Assembly: GCA_963732905.1 (NCBI GenBank)
Contig: CAVTBM010000001.1
Location: 712,649-776,648, forward strand
Length of the DNA stretch: 64,000 bases
Origin: an uncultured Bacteroidales bacterium
GTDB lineage: Bacteria; Bacteroidota; Bacteroidia; Bacteroidales; GCA-2748055
Direction: 5' to 3'
The translations under genes were made by a program, and so were the position numbers. How positions within the stretch are numbered: the first letter of the stretch is position 1; every line of letters begins with the position of its first letter. Under the pieces are notes generated by a model. The model worked only from the letters and a program-made list of their open reading frames with translations. It was not told the DNA's origin and searched no databases. Shown in pieces: positions 29,076 through 38,400 of the stretch.

Positions 29076-29099
29076 AGGTTGATGATTTATCCGAAATTT
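29076..29099 (+). promoter_or_regulatory. Motif AGGTTGATGATTTATCCGAAATTT, shared with the region upstream of the paralogous operon (40220-40241).
   Basis: By-eye alignment to AGGTTGATG-TTTACCCAATTTT at 40220 gives 19 matching positions, one gap and three mismatches. It lies 67 nt upstream of the coxII-A ATG and contains a TTGAT half-site. Confidence 0.35.
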
Positions 29100-29142
29100 C
29101 TCCGATGTTCCAACGAATGCTTTTCACAGCACTAAAATCGAA

Positions 29143-30108
29143 ATGATGGGCTCTGTGTTCGATACTGTTAAAAGTTTCTTCTCTGCCATGTCCCAGTCTT
29201 CATCTTCTGAGGCAAGTAACATTAACCACCTTTTCCTGCAGTTTCTTATCCTTTCCGCCATCATTATTTTCATTGTGGCGGGCATGGTCGTTGTTGGCGG
29301 CTACCTTTACAGAAGAAAGGCCCGGCCTGAACAGCCCATTCAAATTCACGGCAACACGAAACTGGAACTCATCTGGACTTTCATCCCGTTACTTGCAGTG
29401 TCCTTTTTCTTTGTTCTCACAGTCCGGTCAATGAAGCAGATCAACCGTCCTGTAAAAGGTGAAGAAGATCCCGATGTTGAGATCATTGCACATCAATGGT
29501 GGTGGGAAATAAGGTATCCCAAAGAGGATGTGATCACAGCCAATGAGTTGCATATACCTGTAGGAAAAAAATTAAGGATGCGCATCGAATCTGCCGATGT
29601 CATTCACAGCTGGTGGGTGCCTGCACTTGGCCGGAAGACGGATGCTGTGCCGGGAAGAACGAATTATTCCTGGATCGAAGCAGATACCACAGGCATTTTC
29701 CATGGTGCCTGCAGTGAATTTTGCGGCGCGGAACATGCCTGGATGCTGATCACGGTGGTATCTGAGACTCCGTCTGATTATAATGCATGGATCAGTTCCC
29801 TGAAGGTCGTGCCTCCTGTTCCGGAAGACACTCCTGCTCGTAACGGTGCCCTCTTGTTCAACAGTAAAACCTGCGCAAGCTGCCATAACATTGCAGGCAC
29901 TCCCGCACATTCCAGGATAGGGCCCGACCTTACCCATGTCGGTTCCCGGCTTACCCTGCTCAGCGGCATGTTGCCAAATACTCCTGAAAATATGAAAAAA
30001 TGGCTTGCCGACCCGCAAAAAGTGAAGAGGGGGGCCCATATGCCCGATTATATGCTTAATGAAAAGGAAATAAATGACCTTGAAACATACCTGGAGGGAT
30101 TAAAATGA
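29143..30108 (+). CDS. ctaC: Cytochrome c oxidase subunit II with fused C-terminal cytochrome c domain (caa3-type), copy A.
   Basis: CuA site HSWWVPALGRK...CSEFCGAEHAWM. Heme c motif CASCH with downstream HMPDY. Confidence 0.95.
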   Translation: MMGSVFDTVKSFFSAMSQSSSSEASNINHLFLQFLILSAIIIFIVAGMVVVGGYLYRRKARPEQPIQIHGNTKLELIWTFIPLLAVSFFFVLTVRSMKQINRPVKGEEDPDVEIIAHQWWWEIRYPKEDVITANELHIPVGKKLRMRIESADVIHSWWVPALGRKTDAVPGRTNYSWIEADTTGIFHGACSEFCGAEHAWMLITVVSETPSDYNAWISSLKVVPPVPEDTPARNGALLFNSKTCASCHNIAGTPAHSRIGPDLTHVGSRLTLLSGMLPNTPENMKKWLADPQKVKRGAHMPDYMLNEKEINDLETYLEGLK

Positions 30109-31790
30109 AGCTGTCTGTCCGTATTCCCGAATCTGAGGAACCCCTGCCAAGCCTGAGGACGACGAACGGTTTTCTTCAATGGATTTCTACCGTTGACCAT
30201 AAGCAGATCGGTATAATGTACCTTTCCTCTTCTCTGTTCTTTTTCCTGGTCGGTTTTACCGAGGCAATGCTTATGCGCATCCAGCTTGCCCGGCCGGAGA
30301 ACACTTTTCTGTCCCCCGAGGCCTATAACCAGATCTTTTCCATGCATGGCACCACTATGATATTTATGGTGCTTACTCCTATGCTGCTCGGATTTGCCAC
30401 CTACCTGCTTCCTCTGATGATCGGGGCAAACGAAATGGCTTTCCCGAGGCTTAATGCCTTTAGTTTCTGGATGTTTCTTTTGGGTGGTGTAGTTCTTTAT
30501 TTCAGCTTTTTTGCCGGGGGCGCCCCGAATGTGGGCTGGTTTAGCTATGCTCCCCTCAGTGAGACCAACTACAGTCCGTCACCAGGTGTCGACTACTGGG
30601 TGATCAGTTTATTGCTGATGGGGATAGGAACCGTGGGAGCGGCACTTAATTTTGTGGTCACAACGATCACCATGCGGGCTAAAGGACTTTCTTACAACCG
30701 CCTGCCGCTGTTCGTCTGGATGGTATTTGTAAATTCCTTCCTGATCCTGACAGCCTTTCCCGTGCTGAACGCAGGTCTGGTCATGATCCTCACCGACCGT
30801 ATGATGAATGCGCACTTTTTCACCACCGCAACAGGCGGCAATGCCGTGATGTGGCAGCACCTGTTCTGGACCTTCGGCCATCCCGAAGTTTATATTCTTG
30901 CGCTGCCTGCCTTCGGGATCGTATCCGAAGTGATACCCGTTTTTTCGGGTAAACCAATTTTCGGGTACAGCTTTGTTGCCGCATCCACCGTTGCCATCGC
31001 GCTGCTTTCATTCGGCGTGTGGGCACATCACATGTTCGCCGTCGGACTTGGAACAGAATTTAATGCTTTTTTTGCGGCTACAAGCATGCTCATTGCCATT
31101 CCCACCGGCATTAAAATATTTAACTGGGCAGCTACCATGTGGGGTGGTTCCGTCCGGTTTACCACGGCCATGCTCTTTGCCCTCGCCCTCCTGGTGGATT
31201 TTACCATCGGAGGACTCAGCGGCGTGGGCTTTTCCCTTGTACCGGTTGACTGGCGTCTGACGGATACCTACTTCGTGGTAGCCCATATTCATTACGTTTT
31301 TATCGGCGCCGCACTTACCGGCGGATTTGCCGGAGCCTACTACTGGTTCCCGAAAATAACCGGCAGGATGCTCTCTGAAAAAATCGGGAAGTGGCATTTC
31401 TGGATCTTCTTTATAGGTTTTAACGGCACATTTTTCGTGTTCCATTTCCTCGGATTGCTTGGAATGCCACGCCGCGTCTTTACCTATCCCGATCTTCCCT
31501 ACCTGGGCAGTCTCAACATGTTCTCCACGGTGATGGGCTTCGTTTTCGGAGCATCCTTCTTTATATTTATTTATAATGTACTCAGAAGCCGCCGGAAAGG
31601 GGAGAAGGCGGGTGATAATCCCTGGGGAGCATGGAGTCTCGAATGGCTGACCACGTCACCTCCGCCACTGAAAAATTTCGACGCAGTTCCACTCGTCCGC
31701 AGCCGCCGACCAATCTGGGATCTGGAACATCCGGAGGATCCCGACTGGAAAGTTCAACCTTCAAAGAGGAGGGAAGGAAATGAAAAGTAG
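30105..31790 (+). CDS. ctaD: Cytochrome c oxidase subunit I (A-type heme-copper oxidase), copy A.
   Basis: WTFGHPEVYILALPAFG, PTGIKIFNW and VVAHIHYVF. 4-nt ATGA overlap with coxII. Confidence 0.97.
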   Translation: MKLSVRIPESEEPLPSLRTTNGFLQWISTVDHKQIGIMYLSSSLFFFLVGFTEAMLMRIQLARPENTFLSPEAYNQIFSMHGTTMIFMVLTPMLLGFATYLLPLMIGANEMAFPRLNAFSFWMFLLGGVVLYFSFFAGGAPNVGWFSYAPLSETNYSPSPGVDYWVISLLLMGIGTVGAALNFVVTTITMRAKGLSYNRLPLFVWMVFVNSFLILTAFPVLNAGLVMILTDRMMNAHFFTTATGGNAVMWQHLFWTFGHPEVYILALPAFGIVSEVIPVFSGKPIFGYSFVAASTVAIALLSFGVWAHHMFAVGLGTEFNAFFAATSMLIAIPTGIKIFNWAATMWGGSVRFTTAMLFALALLVDFTIGGLSGVGFSLVPVDWRLTDTYFVVAHIHYVFIGAALTGGFAGAYYWFPKITGRMLSEKIGKWHFWIFFIGFNGTFFVFHFLGLLGMPRRVFTYPDLPYLGSLNMFSTVMGFVFGASFFIFIYNVLRSRRKGEKAGDNPWGAWSLEWLTTSPPPLKNFDAVPLVRSRRPIWDLEHPEDPDWKVQPSKRREGNEK

Positions 31791-32328
31791 ACTCATGATG
31801 CTGTTCTTTGTGGCTTCGGAAGCCTTTTTCTTCCTGGCACTCATCATCTCGTATGTCGTGTACAGCCGGCAGGGAGGAGTGTTGTCCTCCACGGCTCAAT
31901 ACCTGGATATAAGGAAAACTGGACTTTTCAGCATACTGCTCTTTTCAAGCAGTGGTACTATTTTCATCGCTGAAACACAAATGAAAAAAGGGAACCGTAA
32001 AGCAGTAAGCCGCTGGCTGATAGCAACCATACTACTCGGACTGATTTTTCTGATCGGTCAGGGCATCGAATACTTCCATCTCTATAATGAGGATGTCACC
32101 ATCAGCAGGGATGTCTTCGGGTCGGCTTTCTTCACCCTCACAGGCTTTCATGGTCTTCATGTGCTGATCGGGCTGATAGTCCTCTCAGCGATGACCTATA
32201 TGGTAATCTCGGAAAAATTCACTGCACTGGAAGCCACCGGACTCGATGCGGTATCTGTTTACTGGCATTTCGTCGATGCTGTCTGGGTGGTCGTTTTTAG
32301 TGTGGTATACTTAGGCTCTTTATTATGA
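31780..32328 (+). CDS. ctaE: Cytochrome c oxidase subunit III (short five-helix form), copy A.
   Basis: 182 aa. GSAFFTLTGFHGLHVLIGL and YWHFVDAVWVVVF. Confidence 0.9.
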   Translation: MKSRLMMLFFVASEAFFFLALIISYVVYSRQGGVLSSTAQYLDIRKTGLFSILLFSSSGTIFIAETQMKKGNRKAVSRWLIATILLGLIFLIGQGIEYFHLYNEDVTISRDVFGSAFFTLTGFHGLHVLIGLIVLSAMTYMVISEKFTALEATGLDAVSVYWHFVDAVWVVVFSVVYLGSLL

Positions 32329-33143
32329 TAACAACAACTATGCTGATGGCTAACTGGGTTTTTAATGTCCCGGCTCTCGTTATTGCTGTTTTGCTGGTTC
32401 TGTTCCAGCTGTTAACCAGTGGTTTCAGGTATACTGCAAAAAGCAGGATCTTCTATGCAGGCGTAATCTTATTTCTGCTGATGGCTTTGTCGCCGTTGGA
32501 ATGGCTTGGCAGATCCTATCTCTTCAGCGCACACATGATGCAGCATATTTTTTATCTCCTGATCATACCGCCGATGTTGCTTGCCGGCACAGATGCCGGA
32601 TTCCTTACCCGTACCCTGGACCGTGGCAGGGGTAAGGCTGCAGGAAAAATACTGTTTTATCCAATGGTAAGCTGGATTCTGGGAATCGGGTCGATGTGGA
32701 TATGGCATATCCCTGTCGTCTTTGAAGCCATGAAACATTCACAGGCCCTCATGATTTTGCAGGTGGTTTCACTGATTCTCACCGGCTATATTTTTATATG
32801 GCCCGTTTATTCCCCGGTGAATTTCATGAGACTGGGACCGCTTGAAAGCACACTATACCTGTTTTCTGCCTGTGTGGGATGTACAGTGCTCGGCATACTT
32901 ATCACCTTTGCCCCGGCCGGTATGTTTACCGCTTTTTTCGGAGGCGGCAATCCGGTAGTGAGGGAAGCAATCGTTCAGAACTGGGGATTCACCAAAGCTG
33001 CCGATCAGCAGATGGCCGGACTCATCATGTGGGTGCCGGCATGCATTGTATACGTTACGAATATTATGATCACGCTTGGGAGATGGTATACGAAAGATGC
33101 CATCACAGGTAAGGAAGAGATACTTATAAACGCTGACAAATGA
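32325..33143 (+). CDS. ctaG: Cytochrome c oxidase assembly factor CtaG (Bacillus-type membrane caa3_CtaG family), copy A.
   Basis: 272-aa polytopic protein. SAHMMQHIFYLLIIPPMLLAG and DQQMAGLIMWVPA match the caa3_CtaG pattern. Confidence 0.8.
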   Translation: MITTTMLMANWVFNVPALVIAVLLVLFQLLTSGFRYTAKSRIFYAGVILFLLMALSPLEWLGRSYLFSAHMMQHIFYLLIIPPMLLAGTDAGFLTRTLDRGRGKAAGKILFYPMVSWILGIGSMWIWHIPVVFEAMKHSQALMILQVVSLILTGYIFIWPVYSPVNFMRLGPLESTLYLFSACVGCTVLGILITFAPAGMFTAFFGGGNPVVREAIVQNWGFTKAADQQMAGLIMWVPACIVYVTNIMITLGRWYTKDAITGKEEILINADK

Positions 33144-33153
33144 ACATACCATC

Positions 33154-33372
33154 ATGGATATCAATGAACTTACAAGGCACAGGGATGAGTACCCACTGTC
33201 GCCGGCCGATCCGGAAGTGATACCGGCTCCGACGTTCTGGCCCGTATTTCTCGCCTTCGGGGTGCTGATGCTTTTTTGGGGACTCATCACATCCTTTATC
33301 ATGATTGCGGCCGGCATCATAGTGGCAGGTATCTCAGTGTCAGGATGGATAAGCGATCTGAATAACAGCTGA
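33154..33372 (+). CDS. Conserved 72-aa two-helix membrane protein, a probable small oxidase / bc-complex subunit, copy A.
   Basis: It has the same length, position and a very similar sequence in copy B (44340-44558). PTFWPVFLAFGVLMLFWG resembles the PSxWP start of helix 1 of seven-helix CoxIII. Confidence 0.7.
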   Translation: MDINELTRHRDEYPLSPADPEVIPAPTFWPVFLAFGVLMLFWGLITSFIMIAAGIIVAGISVSGWISDLNNS

Positions 33373-33378
33373 CTTTAA

Positions 33379-33867
33379 ATGGTTACTATGAAACGGCGTA
33401 CTTTTTTAATCAAACTTCTACTTGGAGTAAGCGGCTTCACAGCTTTTCTTGTCTCCATACCCATTTTCGGAGCGCTTCTCGAACCCCTGCTGAGAAAGAA
33501 AGTCATAGCATGGAGGGAGGTCGGGTCGATAGATGATTTCACGGTGGGAAAGACCGTGCTCATCAAATACCAGGATGCTTCTATTCTTCCCTGGACAGGT
33601 TCGACATCGAAGACGGCAGCCTGGCTCCGGCGAAAGGAGGAAGATCAGTTCGAGGCATTTTCCGTCAACTGCACTCACCTGGGATGTCCTGTGCGCTGGA
33701 TAGCGGATGCAGAACTCTTTCTTTGTCCATGCCATGGTGGTGTCTATGGTAAGGACGGCTCCGTAAAGGCAGGCCCGCCACCCCACCCACTCAGAAAATA
33801 CCCGGTACGGATCAAAAAGGGAAAGGTCGAAGTACAGACGAGCCCCATTCCAATAACGAACCTCTAA
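33379..33867 (+). CDS. qcrA: Rieske [2Fe-2S] subunit of a cytochrome bc-type complex, copy A.
   Basis: RRTFLIKLL Tat-like signal anchor. Cluster boxes [10 protein letters not shown] and CPCHGGVY. Confidence 0.92.
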   Translation: MVTMKRRTFLIKLLLGVSGFTAFLVSIPIFGALLEPLLRKKVIAWREVGSIDDFTVGKTVLIKYQDASILPWTGSTSKTAAWLRRKEEDQFEAFSVNCTHLGCPVRWIADAELFLCPCHGGVYGKDGSVKAGPPPHPLRKYPVRIKKGKVEVQTSPIPITNL

Positions 33868-33878
33868 GATAATCCGGC

Positions 33879-35300
33879 ATGAAAATCTTACGAAAATTTT
33901 GGCAATGGTTCGATGACAGGTCAGGCATCACTGCTGCACTGAATCCGCTGTTAAATCACCCGGTTCCGCCCAATGCCAAATGGATGTACGTCTTCGGTAG
34001 TGCCACATTGTTTATGTTTATCATCCAGGTGATTACCGGTGTCGGTCTGGCACTGATCTATCAGCCGACATCCGAAACTGCCTACCAGTCGTTAAACTAT
34101 ATCACCAACCAGGCTCCTTTGGGCCGTATTCTCAGGGGTATACATTTTTATGCCGCTTCAGCCATGATTTTCCTCGTCGGACTACACATGATCAGGGTGT
34201 ACCTCACCGCTTCTTTCAAATATCCGCGTGAGATGAGCTGGATATCGGGCCTGGTGCTTCTGGCCCTGACACTCGCCATGGGTTTTACAGGTCAGTTACT
34301 GCGATGGGACAGTAATGGCGTATGGTCGGCGATTGTGGGAGCTGAACAGGCCGGAAGGATACCGGTAATCGGCACAACCATCGCCCGGCTTTTCCTTGGC
34401 GGCGACACGCTTGGCGGCGCTACCCTGAGCCGCTTCTTCGCTTTCCATGTCTTCCTGGTACCGGGACTTATCTTTGCCATGATAGGACTCCACCTTTACC
34501 TGGTCTTCAAAAACGGCATTTCCGAGCCGCCGGTACCGGGCAAGCTGGTCCGGCGCGAGACCTACAGGAAAGAATATGATGACCTGCTGAAACAGAAAGG
34601 TGTGCCCTTCTGGCCCGATGCCGCATGGCGTGATGCGGCTTTTGCCATCGTCGTAGTCTTTATCGTACTCGCTTTTGCCGTGATATCTGGTCCTCCTAAA
34701 ATAGGCGATCCGCCCGATCCTTCCAATATCCAGACTAATCCCAGACCCGACTGGTATTTTCTATGGGTGTTTGCCCTGTTTGCCCTTATGCCGCCGCAGA
34801 TCGAATCATTCGTGATCGCTTTTGCCCCGGTCGTGGCCGGCGTCTTTCTTCTCCTGGTGCCCGTCATTTTCAACCAGGGCGAACGAAGCCCGCTCAGGAG
34901 GCCCTGGTCCATTGCCGTCGTTGTGGCTATCATCACCATGGTCGGCGTTTTCTGGTATGAAGGAACAAAATCGCCATGGTCGCCGGCATTCAGCGCCAAA
35001 CCGCTTACAGAAGCGGAGACCGGCATGTTGAGCCATGACGCCGGCCACGGTGCTGAATTGTTCTATTCCAAAGCCTGTCTCTATTGTCATATGATCGACG
35101 GGAAAGGAGGTAAAAGGGGACCCGACCTTTCCAATGTTGCCGACCGGCTTACCTCTGAGGAAATGACCATACGCATCGTGAACGGAGGAGGGAACATGCC
35201 TCCGTTCGGTCCAATGCTGACAGATAAGGAACTCAGGGACCTGGTCAGTTTCCTTGAAACACAAAAAAAGAGAGGAGACAGTGGAGACAAAAGTCCGTGA
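33879..35300 (+). CDS. qcrB: Cytochrome b (b6 plus subunit IV-like, single polypeptide) fused to a C-terminal mono-heme cytochrome c, copy A.
   Basis: GIHFYAASAMIFLVGLHMIRVY and FFAFHVFLVP carry the heme b His ligands. The Qo motif reads PRPDWYFLW (PDWY). C-terminal CLYCH plus GGGNMPPFG. Confidence 0.92.
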   Translation: MKILRKFWQWFDDRSGITAALNPLLNHPVPPNAKWMYVFGSATLFMFIIQVITGVGLALIYQPTSETAYQSLNYITNQAPLGRILRGIHFYAASAMIFLVGLHMIRVYLTASFKYPREMSWISGLVLLALTLAMGFTGQLLRWDSNGVWSAIVGAEQAGRIPVIGTTIARLFLGGDTLGGATLSRFFAFHVFLVPGLIFAMIGLHLYLVFKNGISEPPVPGKLVRRETYRKEYDDLLKQKGVPFWPDAAWRDAAFAIVVVFIVLAFAVISGPPKIGDPPDPSNIQTNPRPDWYFLWVFALFALMPPQIESFVIAFAPVVAGVFLLLVPVIFNQGERSPLRRPWSIAVVVAIITMVGVFWYEGTKSPWSPAFSAKPLTEAETGMLSHDAGHGAELFYSKACLYCHMIDGKGGKRGPDLSNVADRLTSEEMTIRIVNGGGNMPPFGPMLTDKELRDLVSFLETQKKRGDSGDKSP

Positions 35301-35427
35301 ATCTTTATGCTATCCTGAAACCTGCCATTACAGAAATGGTATTCTGCCCGGTCACTTACACATGGTTGCAATCGATGGTTTTTCCAGACTATTGCGAACA
35401 TTTATCTAAAAGATTTGCTATCTGTTC

Positions 35428-38400
35428 ATGTTTCCCTCTTTCTTTACTTCTATGAAAAGACTTCTTACAATTGTTTCTTCCACCAGGACCATGGCCCTGC
35501 TGCTTCTCATTTTCGGAGTCAGCATTGGAACTGCAACATTCATTGAGCGCGATTATGGTCCGGATGCAGCCCGCAGCGTAATATATAATGCCCTATGGTT
35601 CAATATTCTGTTGGCCGCCGGTATGATAAACATCATTGCAGTCACCCTGAAAAAAAGGATGTACCAGCGCTCAAAACTGACGATACTTTTGTTTCATCTG
35701 GCCTTTGTAATCATCATTCTGGGAGCAGGTATTACCCGGTTTTTCGGAACGGAAGGTGCCATGGAAATTCGTGAAGGGGAGACTTCCGGCACTTTCCTGA
35801 CGTCATCAACTTATATTCTTATCAGACTGGATGCGGAAGGCGATTCCATGGTGTATGCCAAACCGGTATTGTTTTCGGATATTGCCAGGAACCGTTTCAG
35901 AAAAAGCTTCACTCTGAAGAACCACCATGTCAGCACAAAACTGTTACGGTTCTTTGGGAAAGCAGGGATGTCGCTGCAGCAGGATAAAGAAGGGACGCCG
36001 CATGCCATATTTGTAACTGCAGGGCAAAACGGGATGGAAAGCAGGGTTGTCAGGCCCGGCGGGACTTTTCTTCTCGATACGTTTCAGGTAAAATTCATGG
36101 AGCAGCCTGAGAAGTTGCTTCAACGGAATCAGATCAGCCTGTTTATGAACACAGATGGTTCATTATCCTTTATTTCACCAGTTCCCGTGATCCGCACGGC
36201 CATGACCTCCGGGACCAGCGACACACTCTCTGCCGGTGAAGTACATCCTTTTCAGCCTTTGACGCCACATTACTTTAAGGGTGAGCCTTTGGTGTTAAGG
36301 CAATTTATGGAACATGGCAGGGTCACCACCACACTCGTTGAGGATCAACAGTCACAGCTTCCCTCAGCCCTGGTCATGAATGTCAACGTGGATGGCAAAG
36401 AACAAACCATGACTGTATCCGGGATGAAAGGGGTAGAAGGAACACCTGAAATAGCCAGGATTAACGGGACCAGTGTTTCGGTCAGCTATGGGGCGGTACA
36501 AAGAAAATTACCCTTCGAAGTGCATTTGAATGATTTTATTCTGAAAAGGTATCCCGGTTCCGGAAGCCCGTCGTGGTTTGAAAGTAATGTCCGGCTCATC
36601 GACCGGGCCGCGGCGCTGGATCAACAACAAAGAATTTTCATGAATAATATCCTGAATTATAAGGGATACCGCCTGTACCAGGCCTCTTATGACACGGATG
36701 AACACGGCACGGTACTGGCCGTCAATCATGATGGATGGGGCACAAGAGTTACCTATCTTGGTTATCTGTGTATGGCTGTTGGGTTTTTTATGAGCCTTGT
36801 GAACCGTAACAGTCGTTTTGCATGGTTGTGGAGGTCGGCAGCAGGAGGGAACAATTTGGCCAGGATCGTTTTTGCAGGCCTGGTATTCGGTTCGCTTGCG
36901 TCAGCTTCCTACTCTCAGGACTCCCTGCCCTCTGCGGATTCCCATTCTGCAGATTATGACAGTTCCGCTGTTTCGCGGTATGCTCCGCCTGTGGTCAGCA
37001 GGGCGTTGGCCGTCGAATTCGATACCGTGCTCGTGCAGGATAACGGCGGCCGCATCGAGCCCATGAGTACCCTGGCTTCTGAAATTCTCAGAAAAGTCGT
37101 GCGAAAAGAGACCTATAAAGGCCAGACACCAGCTCAGATCGTTCTGGGTATGCTGGCTTTTCCGCGGTACTGGCTGAATGAACCTGTGATCCTGGTGAAT
37201 CATCCCGAAATACAAAGGCAGTTGGGTATATCCGGCAGATATGCTTCATTTGCCGATTTTTTCAGGGGCGACCAGTATGTATTGAAAACGGAGGTGGAAG
37301 ATGCCTACCGGAAAAAGCCGGCATACCGTACGAAATATGATAATGAGCTGATCCGGACCGATGAAAGGCTGAATATCTGTAACCTGATCTATACGGAAAC
37401 GTCTTTTAATATATTTCCGGTTCCGGGTGATTCAACCAATACATGGTATTCCCCGGTAACTGCAAGAGGTATGTTTGCTGCCAGTGATTCCATTTTTGCA
37501 CTGCATGTCCTGGATTATCTTGCTCTTGAAACGCAGAAATCAGCCTCGGACGGTGACTGGGAACTACCGGTACAGCTGGTACGCTCAATCAAAAAATTTC
37601 AGAAAAATTACGGAGGAGACATACTGCCATCAGAGAGCCACATCAGGGCTGAGATCTTTTATAACCGTTCCAATCTTTTTGTGCATGTGATGAATGTGTA
37701 CATGCTGGTAGGGTTTGTCCTGCTGATCATACAGTTTTTTCATCTTTTCTTCCCGTTTTTCAATCTGAGAATATTCAACATTCCTGCTTTTATAATCATT
37801 CTCATTGCTTTTCTTCTGCATACCTCAGGCTTAGGCTTGCGGTGGTACATCTCGGGACATGCCCCCTGGAGCAACGGATATGAGGCTCTTACTTTTATTG
37901 CCTGGGCCACCGTCCTGGCAGGTCTAATCTTTTCCCGGAAATCCGGCATAACGTTAAGTGCTACGGCTATCCTGGCTTCGCTGATCCTGATGGTAGCACA
38001 CATGAGCTGGATGGATCCGCAGATCACAAACCTGGTTCCTGTATTAAAGTCATACTGGCTGGTGATCCATGTGGCGGTAATCACTGCCAGTTACGGTTTC
38101 CTGGGCCTGGGTGCTCTCCTCGCAGCAGTAAACCTGTTTGTAATGATTTTCCAGACAGAAAAGAACACCAGCCGTATTGTCCCAAATATAGAACAGATCA
38201 CCCGTATCATCGAGATGACTCTCACAGTGGGACTCTATATGCTTGCGACAGGTACTTTTCTCGGAGGCGTATGGGCCAATGAGTCGTGGGGCAGATATTG
38301 GGGATGGGACCCAAAAGAAACCTGGGCATTGACCACGGTCATTGTGTATGCTGTCATTTTGCATCTCAGGATGGTTCCCGGACTAAAAGACAAGGTGCTT

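Noticed and set aside
31008-31445. Long antisense ORFs inside coxI and cytochrome b of both operon copies (for example 31008-31445, 42126-42626, 34562-35026, 46070-46366).
   Set aside because: They fully overlap strongly supported respiratory genes and have compositionally biased (R/G/P/K-rich) products. They recur in both copies only because the sense genes are paralogous.
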